Shown here in pieces: positions 26,876 to 33,609 of a DNA stretch of 37,867 bases (positions are counted from its first letter, which is position 1; each line of letters starts with the position of its first letter). The stretch spans positions 1-37,867 of IMG/VR virus record IMGVR_UViG_3300037780_000019; one strand, given 5' to 3'. The notes under the pieces were generated by a model. It was not told the origin of the DNA. It worked only from the letters and a program-made list of their open reading frames with translations, and ran no database searches. Source of the DNA: a virus. Taxonomy: Duplodnaviria > Caudoviricetes. A program made the position numbers and the translations under genes.

Positions 26876-27087
26876 CCCTCACACCCCGGCAGATCGAAAT
26901 CTTGAAGCGCCTGCGTTGGGTGCCGTACCTCCATATGCATCAACTCTGGTTTGGCTCGGCAGAGGGAGTGAAATTCCTGCGCGACCGCGACCTTGTCTGG
27001 CTCGACACCTGCGAGCGCTATCCGGCCATCGGCATCACCCCCGCAGGCATCGAAGCCCTGAAGGAGATCGACAATGACCACGGTTAA
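26872..27087 (+). CDS. Small winged-helix-like hypothetical protein
   Basis: GTGA coupling; LTPRQIEIL...ITPAGIEAL pattern. Confidence 0.65.
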   Translation: MTLTPRQIEILKRLRWVPYLHMHQLWFGSAEGVKFLRDRDLVWLDTCERYPAIGITPAGIEALKEIDNDHG

Positions 27088-27261
27088 CGAAGTCAGCACC
27101 CCCGAAGGCGGGATCATGATCTGCGGGCGGTCTGATACCGATCTGACGCATCTTCGGGTCATCGACTACGACGGTGGCGAGGCATTCATCAACCTGTCCC
27201 ACTACCACCTGATCGAACTCGCTGACCACATCCAGAACCGCATCCGGGAGATCGACAATGA
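27063..27261 (+). repeat. 15-bp direct repeat of the RBS/start junction bracketing gene 27074-27268
   Basis: GGAGATCGACAATGA at 27063-27077 and 27247-27261. Confidence 0.85.
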
Positions 27262-27268
27262 ACGATAA
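27074..27268 (+). CDS. Hypothetical protein
   Basis: AAGGAG RBS; overlapping operon structure. Confidence 0.65.
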   Translation: MTTVNEVSTPEGGIMICGRSDTDLTHLRVIDYDGGEAFINLSHYHLIELADHIQNRIREIDNER

Positions 27269-27446
27269 CGCGAAGACATACGAAGACGGCGTGCGGGCTG
27301 GGTTCAAACAGGCATCGGAATTCATCCAAGGCCGGGCGCGTCATCACGAGATGGTCCGACGCGAAGAGGTTGCGAAAATGGATGCGGAAATCCAGTTGCT
27401 GCATAGGCTCGCAGCCGAGGTCGCGAAGGAGTCCCCCAATGACTGA
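27258..27446 (+). CDS. Hypothetical protein
   Basis: GGAG RBS; overlapping operon structure. Confidence 0.6.
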   Translation: MNDNAKTYEDGVRAGFKQASEFIQGRARHHEMVRREEVAKMDAEIQLLHRLAAEVAKESPND

Positions 27447-28131
27447 CATCCCCCTTCGCTGCAAAGCCCATCAGGTCCGCGCGATGCTGGGTGACCGTCA
27501 GACGCAGTTGCGGATGCCGTTAATCAAGTTGCGCCGGTTCGGGGCCGTCACGGAATTCGACCGCAGCAGCACGCCGGGTTTCGACTGGCATTTCCGTGAC
27601 CGTGCGATGCGCTGGCACGACCTGAGCGATGCGCAGTTGATGGAGTATCTGCCGTATCAGAAGGGCGACCGCCTGTGGGTGCGGGAGACGTGGAACATTT
27701 TTCAGTGCAGCCAAGATGGCGAAATGGCGTGGCCTTTCGAGACAATCCCGAAAGAGGACCCCCGCCCGAACAAGCACCGCTCGCAGATCGTCGTTGACTA
27801 TGCAGCGGACCCGCACAGTCCGGAAGACCGCTGGCGTCCCTCCATCCACATGCCGCGCTGGGCTTCCCGCATCACCCTGCTGGTGGATGACGTGAAGGTC
27901 CAGAGGTTGCAGGAGATCACCCCGGCTGACGCGATAGCAGAGGGCAACCGACCGGCGACCACCAACTACATGTCCGTCGATTGCGACACCCCGAACCCGG
28001 TCAATGATTTCCGCTCCCTCTGGAGCAGCCTCTACACCGGCCCTCTGTCATGGGACGCAAACCCGTGGGTGGTCTATCCGACCTTCCGCGTCATCAAGCA
28101 GAACATCGACCACGAAAGGAATGCAGCGTGA
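27439..28131 (+). CDS. Conserved phage protein (ASCH/PUA-like family)
   Basis: VRAMLGDRQTQLR...GDRLWVRETW...WRPSIHMPRWASRITL...WDANPWV; AAGGAG RBS. Confidence 0.8.
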   Translation: MTDIPLRCKAHQVRAMLGDRQTQLRMPLIKLRRFGAVTEFDRSSTPGFDWHFRDRAMRWHDLSDAQLMEYLPYQKGDRLWVRETWNIFQCSQDGEMAWPFETIPKEDPRPNKHRSQIVVDYAADPHSPEDRWRPSIHMPRWASRITLLVDDVKVQRLQEITPADAIAEGNRPATTNYMSVDCDTPNPVNDFRSLWSSLYTGPLSWDANPWVVYPTFRVIKQNIDHERNAA

Positions 28132-28376
28132 GTGATAAGTACAAGATCAAGCAGTTGGAGTGGGAGGCCGAGTTTCCCGTTGTTTGCCACGAAGCCAAAG
28201 GCATCGCGGGGAAATACAGCATCAGCAGCTTCGGTTCGGGCTGGACCGTCTTCATCGAGCCTGACGACGAGACGGTCGATGAGGTTGGCGCGGCATCCAC
28301 CCTAAATGAGGCCAAAGCCATCGCGGAGAAGGATAACGACGAACGTCTTCTCCCGTATCTGGAGGCTGTCGCATGA
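28128..28376 (+). CDS. Hypothetical protein, paralog 1 (IKQLEW)
   Basis: GTGA coupling; similar to the next gene. Confidence 0.7.
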   Translation: MSDKYKIKQLEWEAEFPVVCHEAKGIAGKYSISSFGSGWTVFIEPDDETVDEVGAASTLNEAKAIAEKDNDERLLPYLEAVA

Positions 28377-28729
28377 CTGACACATATCGGGTGCGGGATT
28401 TGGAGTGGGACGAATACGGCGATGCACTCGCTGCCAGAGGGGAGAGCATCTATCAGATCGAGCAGGACAAAGAGTCTGGCGGCTGGCGCGTTTGGTGGCA
28501 TCTCTTCGCCGACCTGAACTCGGAACTTGGCTTGCACGAATCCCTCTCCGCAGCCAAGGCCGCCGCAAACGAACACAACCGGCAGCGGATCGCAGAGAGA
28601 TACCTGGAGGTGGTCGAGACGCCGACAAACAAGGCAGTCAGGAAGGCATTGCAGAGGTTCAGCAATCCTGAGCGCCCCGAGCCGCTGAAAGGCTCAACGG
28701 TATTCGATGATGAGCGAGGTGCGCGATGA
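28373..28729 (+). CDS. Hypothetical protein, paralog 2 (VRDLEW)
   Basis: GGAGG RBS, ATGA coupling. Confidence 0.7.
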   Translation: MTDTYRVRDLEWDEYGDALAARGESIYQIEQDKESGGWRVWWHLFADLNSELGLHESLSAAKAAANEHNRQRIAERYLEVVETPTNKAVRKALQRFSNPERPEPLKGSTVFDDERGAR

Positions 28730-28941
28730 GTAAGACAGAAAAGCGGTCTTTCGGTGATGCTCGGGTTGTTGGGGCCAGACAGGATGAACTCATGAAGGAG
28801 TTGTCCGCAACCGCCGCGTGCTCGCTGCTGGCTGCCGGACGCTTTGCCGATGCCGCCAGAATCACCAAAGCGCAGGCCACCTATGACAACGTGATGGAAG
28901 CAGCCGCAAAGCTGGACAGGCTGAGAGGAGCGGGAGAATGA
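28726..28941 (+). CDS. Hypothetical protein
   Basis: GAGG RBS, ATGA coupling. Confidence 0.6.
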   Translation: MSKTEKRSFGDARVVGARQDELMKELSATAACSLLAAGRFADAARITKAQATYDNVMEAAAKLDRLRGAGE

Positions 28942-29117
28942 ACGAGTTTGTGATAGGTCTCGTGGTTGGGGTGCTCGCCATCGTCATGTTCGCTGCAGGT
29001 TCTGTGGATCGGGTGGCTGACGACAAGGCCCGCCAGATCGCCGCTGCATATGGCTGTGACTGCGTTGTCGCTCGTGACGGTGAATTTGTCTGGAGGGAGG
29101 CCAAGCGCGATGACTGA
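28938..29117 (+). CDS. Small membrane-anchored protein (59 aa, not in the ORF track)
   Basis: GAGGAG RBS; MNEFVIGLVVGVLAIVMFAAG hydrophobic N-terminus. Confidence 0.6.
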   Translation: MNEFVIGLVVGVLAIVMFAAGSVDRVADDKARQIAAAYGCDCVVARDGEFVWREAKRDD

Positions 29118-29202
29118 ATCCGAGGCCATTGCCTTCGTGGGCGGCGGTGCACTTTTCGTCCTGCTTGCGATATTCATTGTCGAGGTGATGAGCGATGACT
29201 GA
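29110..29202 (+). CDS. 30-aa hydrophobic peptide
   Basis: GGAGG RBS; MTESEAIAFVGGGALFVLLAIFIVEVMSDD; bracketed by GCGATGACTGA repeats. Confidence 0.5.
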   Translation: MTESEAIAFVGGGALFVLLAIFIVEVMSDD

Positions 29203-29230
29203 TCTGCTGCCGAAGCTGCTGGAGGTGTAA

Positions 29231-29461
29231 ATGGAACGCAGGGGTTATCCGAGAGTGCTGGCCGCTGAATACATCGGCATATCGCCGTCGAAGTTCAGTC
29301 AGCTTGTCCGCGAGAAGAAAATCCCCGAGCCTCGGGAGATCGACGGCGGTAAGCTGGTCTGGGATCGGTATGACCTGGATGAATACTTCGACGCGCAGCC
29401 CAGAAGGGGCGACCCGGGCGACGCAAGCGAGTGGGATGATCTGGCAAATGGCCAAGCGTAG
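29231..29461 (+). CDS. xis: Excisionase / AlpA-like HTH protein
   Basis: AAEYIGISPSKFSQLV...IPEP...WDRYDLD; GGAGG RBS; immediately upstream of the integrase. Confidence 0.8.
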   Translation: MERRGYPRVLAAEYIGISPSKFSQLVREKKIPEPREIDGGKLVWDRYDLDEYFDAQPRRGDPGDASEWDDLANGQA

Positions 29462-30464
29462 GAACAAGCCAAAGTACGTCGATATCGTCCGTAAGGGCGG
29501 TACGGAGTACCTGTATTTCCGAAAGGGAAAGGGTGCGCGGGTTCCGTTGCGCGGCCCGCTTGATTCCGTCGAGTTCTGGGCCGACTGGAACGCGGCAGCG
29601 GAAGGCTATGTTCACACCAGAGAGCGGGCAGATCGGCACAGCCTCCGGTGGCTGGTGGATCAGTATTACCGCTGGCCCGCATTCCGCGAACTGAAGGCCA
29701 GCACACAAACCGTCCGCAGGCGCATTCTGGAAGGCTTCTGCAAGGAGTACGGAAACCGTGGATACGCGACCCTGACCAGTCAGGCGGCGCGAGGCATCCG
29801 GAACATGAAGCAGGACACCCCGGCGGCCGGCAACAATCTCATCAAGGCGCTGAAGCAGGTTTTCAGCGAGGCCGTAGAGCACGGCATCATTTCATCGAAC
29901 CCGTTCGACGGCATCCGCAAACTAAAGGAGCGCAAGCAGGGCGCAACCCCGTGGAGCATCGAGGACGTGGAGAAGTACGAGAATCATCACGCCATCGGAA
30001 CACAGGCCCGCCTCGCGCTCGCCCTGTTCCTCTACACCGGACAGCGCAGATCCGACGTTGCCCGCATGGGTCGCCAGCACATCAAGCGCGAGACCCTGAG
30101 CATGACCCAGACCAAGACCGGCAATCAGATTGATATCCCCGTTCTGCCGATGCTGCGCGAAGTCCTCGACGCCACGGAGACGGGAGACCTCACGTTCCTG
30201 ATAACGACGCACGGGAAGTCATTCACGGTAAATGGCCTGGGGAACAAGTTCCGGCAGTGGTGCGACGAGGCGGGGTTGCCGGACAAGAGTTCGCACGGCC
30301 TCCGTAAGGCGATGGCCATCCGTCTCGCCGAGAAGGGATGCACGCCGCACCAGATCGGAGCCATCACCGGCCACGAGTCTCTGGCGGAGATCGAGCGCTA
30401 CACGAGAGGCGCGAACCGCAAGAAACTGGCCGAGAATGTCACGAGGCTGTTCAGCGATGATTGA
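29448..30464 (+). CDS. int: Tyrosine integrase, 338 aa
   Basis: YTGQRRSD (R), QTKT (K), HGLRK (H-x-x-R), TGH and ERY (Y) catalytic residues. Confidence 0.93.
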   Translation: MAKRRNKPKYVDIVRKGGTEYLYFRKGKGARVPLRGPLDSVEFWADWNAAAEGYVHTRERADRHSLRWLVDQYYRWPAFRELKASTQTVRRRILEGFCKEYGNRGYATLTSQAARGIRNMKQDTPAAGNNLIKALKQVFSEAVEHGIISSNPFDGIRKLKERKQGATPWSIEDVEKYENHHAIGTQARLALALFLYTGQRRSDVARMGRQHIKRETLSMTQTKTGNQIDIPVLPMLREVLDATETGDLTFLITTHGKSFTVNGLGNKFRQWCDEAGLPDKSSHGLRKAMAIRLAEKGCTPHQIGAITGHESLAEIERYTRGANRKKLAENVTRLFSDD

Positions 30465-30481
30465 ACACCTGATGAACAGAA

Positions 30482-30664
30482 TTACCCAACCGCGATGCAG
30501 ATTTTTGGGGAAAGTTCCGAAAAACGCTGGAAAATCAATGGCGTTTTTGAAGGGTGGCGACCCTGCAGGGACTGCCATAAACTCCCGATATCAACGGCTT
30601 AACCGCCGATTTCCCCAAAATACCCGACATAACATTTCAATGGGTTACATGCCGTTTTCCCAAC
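30482..30664. other. Putative attP
   Basis: Non-coding gap after int. Dyad core TGGCGACCCTGCAGGGACTGCCA (30555-30577) resembles a tRNA 3' end. Inverted TTGGGGAAA/TTTCCCCAA arm-like sites flank it, and there is an IHF consensus TATCAACGGCTTA at 30589-30601. Confidence 0.7.
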
Positions 30665-30709
30665 TGGAAACGCGCGTGTTCTCCACGTTTCACATGAAAG
30701 GATGATGAG

Positions 30710-31024
30710 ATGAGCTGGGACTTTTACCTGGTCGATGACAACGGCGATGAGATTACCGGAACGTGGTTCAACTACACCTACAATGTCAGCGGCATGTTCG
30801 ACGCTGCCGTAGGCGAGACCCCCTCCGAATGGGACGGACGAAAGGCTGGTGATCTTGTCCCGGTCTGCTCCAAGATTCTCGCGGACTTCGCCGACAGGCC
30901 GGAATTCTACCGGGCCATGAACCCCGAGAACGGATGGGGCGACTTCGAAGGCGCACGGACATTCATCAGGAACATTCAGGACGTGTGCGCTGATCGTCCG
31001 GATGCACCAGTGCACGTTTGCTAA
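30710..31024 (+). CDS. Conserved hypothetical phage protein
   Basis: NYTYNVSGMF...AMNPENGWGD; clean ORF with AAGGA upstream. Confidence 0.75.
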   Translation: MSWDFYLVDDNGDEITGTWFNYTYNVSGMFDAAVGETPSEWDGRKAGDLVPVCSKILADFADRPEFYRAMNPENGWGDFEGARTFIRNIQDVCADRPDAPVHVC

Positions 31025-31045
31025 CCCCCACGGAGGATTGAGACG

Positions 31046-31261
31046 ATGACCACCATCAAGGCAGAGGTCACGGTTGAATACCTGATTCCGAGACCGGCGA
31101 ATTACATCAAGACGGCTGACGGGCGAACAGTGCCGGTCGGAAACATCTCCGAGGATGCGCTGCGCGAGATCGGCAAGGCGTACACGGAAGCCCTCGTTGC
31201 GAACGCCAAGGAGCGTGGGCCGCAGCCGGAAGGGGCTGTCACGCACCGGGAAATCGAATGA
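31046..31261 (+). CDS. Hypothetical protein
   Basis: GGAGG RBS. Confidence 0.7.
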   Translation: MTTIKAEVTVEYLIPRPANYIKTADGRTVPVGNISEDALREIGKAYTEALVANAKERGPQPEGAVTHREIE

Positions 31262-31416
31262 CCCCGCTCCCCTGCCCCTGGTGCCGCAACACCCTCCTCG
31301 TATTCACCCCGAATGCGATGACGGCTGTTCAGTGCAAGAGCTGTCTGTGCCGTGGACCTGTGGCGTCGTCGAGGCGGCTGGCTATCGAGCTATGGAATGA
31401 AAGGACGAAGGAATGA
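31258..31416 (+). CDS. Lar-like (restriction alleviation) zinc-ribbon protein, 52 aa, not in the ORF track
   Basis: MTPLPCPWC...VQCKSCLCRGP...AIELWNER; ATGA-coupled at both ends. Confidence 0.7.
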   Translation: MTPLPCPWCRNTLLVFTPNAMTAVQCKSCLCRGPVASSRRLAIELWNERTKE

Positions 31417-31673
31417 GTGACATGCCCGAAGAAGAAGCGGCTGAACTGGCGTATGGCCTGCTATGGCACACCACAAATGACACATACACACCAATCGGAA
31501 GGCTGACATCGACAGCCAGGATAACTCTCGGCAATGCGATTGGAATGGAACGGAAAGGCCGCGGCATACAGGCAGCGAAAGAGTGGATGAAGGCTCACCC
31601 GCAAGAGGTTCGCTGTCAGAGGCGAGTTTGGACGTGGCGGGAAATGATGGATGAGTGGCCGGAAGATGACTGA
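31413..31673 (+). CDS. Hypothetical protein
   Basis: ATGA coupling. Confidence 0.6.
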   Translation: MSDMPEEEAAELAYGLLWHTTNDTYTPIGRLTSTARITLGNAIGMERKGRGIQAAKEWMKAHPQEVRCQRRVWTWREMMDEWPEDD

Positions 31674-32061
31674 CGACCTGATCGGCAACCTGCGGGCCAT
31701 TGCGAATGGGGCAGGCAGCACGACCGAGCCGTGGCACGTGATGGCCGGACAGGCCGCCGACCGTATCGAGGAACTGAAGGCAGAGAATCAAAAACTGCTA
31801 GAGGATATCGACAGCGCTCTGGATGCGACCAACAGCGAAGCCCGATATGCCGACGAACTGAAGGCGGAGAACGAGAGGCACGTCGCTGAGATCACCCGGT
31901 TGCGGGGGAGAGTCGATGCGCTGACATCTGAGCGCCTGAGTGTGGAATCGCGGCACCTGAAAGACCTGATCGCAATGGCTGAGTCCGAGGGTGATGTTGT
32001 CGGGTCTACCAGCCTGCGAAGTCGCCTTGAGCAAGTCGAAAAGGAACAGCGCAATGACTGA
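31666..32061 (+). CDS. Coiled-coil hypothetical protein (AADRIEELKAEN)
   Basis: Starts at an MTDD junction repeat; heptad pattern. Confidence 0.65.
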   Translation: MTDDLIGNLRAIANGAGSTTEPWHVMAGQAADRIEELKAENQKLLEDIDSALDATNSEARYADELKAENERHVAEITRLRGRVDALTSERLSVESRHLKDLIAMAESEGDVVGSTSLRSRLEQVEKEQRND

Positions 32062-32656
32062 CGACCCGCAGAACGTGGACGATGCAATCGCCCGAATGGA
32101 AAAGCGCATCGCAGAGAACCCAAACGCCAAGGGGTTGAATCTTGGGTTGCGCTCACTGAACAAGCGGAAGACTTTCGACCTGAAAGCGGCACCTGAGCAA
32201 TACAGTAGAACGCGGAGTCATGTTTTAGGAATTGTCCTGCCGATGATGGCCCCGAATGATTTTTCTTTCTTTGCCGGATGGACGCGGGAATTGGCCAGAT
32301 TCATCAGACAATCTTCATTCCCGGTTGCGTGCGAGTACCCGGGAGAAATTGAGGATTGGTGCAAAAGGATTGAATGCAGCGACGGGGACGGCATCACAGG
32401 CAACTGCGCATTCGTCCGGAAGAAGATACAGGAAATCGACTACGAGGACGGGTGGCCAGTTGATAGGTACGGGAATGCCCTGAATGCAGTTTGTCTCGGC
32501 ATGCTGATGTATCAGGACACCCGCTGGCCTGATGAGGCAGCTGAAAGTGTCTTTCGTCTTATCACGGGCATGACCGCTTACAACGACACCACATCTAAAA
32601 TGATGAGGGAGTGGAAACTCGACCTCGCACTTAAATGCGCGGAAGCAGCAGAATGA
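32054..32656 (+). CDS. Hypothetical protein, 200 aa, lower GC
   Basis: AGGA RBS within the junction repeat; AT-richer codon usage. Confidence 0.65.
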   Translation: MTDDPQNVDDAIARMEKRIAENPNAKGLNLGLRSLNKRKTFDLKAAPEQYSRTRSHVLGIVLPMMAPNDFSFFAGWTRELARFIRQSSFPVACEYPGEIEDWCKRIECSDGDGITGNCAFVRKKIQEIDYEDGWPVDRYGNALNAVCLGMLMYQDTRWPDEAAESVFRLITGMTAYNDTTSKMMREWKLDLALKCAEAAE

Positions 32657-32970
32657 CCGAGATCAAAGCGTGCCCTTTCTGTGGTGCGAGCGGTGAGGAT
32701 GTGTCTGTCTACGGCGACATGGTGACCCCCTACTATATCGAGTGCAACAAGTGCGATGCATGGGGGCCGAACGCTGACACTGAAGCCGAAGCCATCCAGA
32801 AATGGAACGCCGCCGCCGACCGTATCGAGGAACTGAAGGCGGAGAACGAGAGCTTGCGGGCGGCCCTGCCAACACTGGCCCGTTTCACCCGCACCATTTC
32901 AGCGCCAGTGCCATCCGCCAAGGACGAACAGTGCAACATCCAGATCATCGAGGAACAGCGCCATGACTGA
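32653..32970 (+). CDS. Lar-like zinc-ribbon protein fused to a coiled coil
   Basis: IKACPFCG...IECNKCDAWGP...EAIQKWN followed by AAADRIEELKAEN. Confidence 0.75.
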   Translation: MTEIKACPFCGASGEDVSVYGDMVTPYYIECNKCDAWGPNADTEAEAIQKWNAAADRIEELKAENESLRAALPTLARFTRTISAPVPSAKDEQCNIQIIEEQRHD

Positions 32971-33009
32971 CGACCTGAAAGCCCGCCTGCTCGCTGTTAT
33001 CGATGCGCG

Positions 33010-33396
33010 GGAGAACCAGTGATGAACACCTACGGACAGTACCAATATCCCGGTCGCCCTGAATGGTATCCCGATCCTGCCAGCGCTCAGAGGAACATCG
33101 GAATGTTCAGGACGCCGGATCATGCGGTTGCCGAGTGCATCGAAAAGCACGGCGTCGCCATCGAACGGTCAGTCAGTTGGAAGACCACGGAAGGATGGGT
33201 ATCGCGTGTCACGGTCGGCCCGTACCCGGATTGGAAGACGGCGAACGTCGAAGCCTATCAGTCGGCATTCGCGATGGGCATGCCCTTCCCGAAGATCCGC
33301 AAGCACTGGTGGGAGTTCTGGAAGACGGAGTATAGCGCGGAGGAGGAAGAAGCCATCCGCGAGGCGTGGAATCTGTTCACGGAGAACCAGTGATGA
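33010..33396 (+). repeat. 16-bp direct repeat of the RBS/stop/start junction bracketing gene 33019-33393
   Basis: GGAGAACCAGTGATGA at 33010-33025 and 33381-33396. Confidence 0.85.
33019..33393 (+). CDS. Hypothetical protein
   Basis: GGAG RBS; Trp/Tyr-rich 124-aa ORF. Confidence 0.65.
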   Translation: MMNTYGQYQYPGRPEWYPDPASAQRNIGMFRTPDHAVAECIEKHGVAIERSVSWKTTEGWVSRVTVGPYPDWKTANVEAYQSAFAMGMPFPKIRKHWWEFWKTEYSAEEEEAIREAWNLFTENQ

Positions 33397-33608
33397 CGTG
33401 GCGGGACATCGAGACAGCGCCGGAGGAAGGCAGGGAAATCGAATGCTGGAACCCCGTGACCGGCGTCTACAGGACAAAGCGAGGGGGCGATGAGTACCCT
33501 TTCCGCAACTGGATATACGAGGGCAGCATCCACTATCCAAGGCCGCGAAAATGGCGGTACGTAGGGCAGGAAAAGTTGCGCAAATCGGCGGATTCTGCTA
33601 TAAAGTGA
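33393..33608 (+). CDS. Small phage protein (WRDIETAP, DUF551-like)
   Basis: TGATG coupling; MTWRDIETAPEEGREI...PRKWRY. Confidence 0.7.
   Translation: MTWRDIETAPEEGREIECWNPVTGVYRTKRGGDEYPFRNWIYEGSIHYPRPRKWRYVGQEKLRKSADSAIK
33576..33604 (+). promoter_or_regulatory. Sigma70 promoter driving the candidate ncRNA
   Basis: TTGCGC (33576-33581), 17 bp, TATAAA (33599-33604), with an extended -10 TG at 33596-33597. Confidence 0.7.
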
Positions 33609-33609
33609 G

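Larger units (their letters stand above)
31666..32978 (+). repeat. Set of short direct repeats at gene starts and in coiled-coil segments
   Basis: ATGACTGACGACC at 31666, 32054 and 32963; a 25-bp AGGAACAGCGC(A/C)ATGACTGACGACC at 32042 and 32951; a 29-bp GCCGCCGACCGTATCGAGGAACTGAAGGC at 31753 and 32812. Confidence 0.9.

Noticed and set aside
31666-33396. CRISPR array or classical integron
   Set aside because: The repeats differ from pair to pair and are separated by whole genes; there are no attC palindromes or cas genes, and the integrase is a phage type paired with xis.
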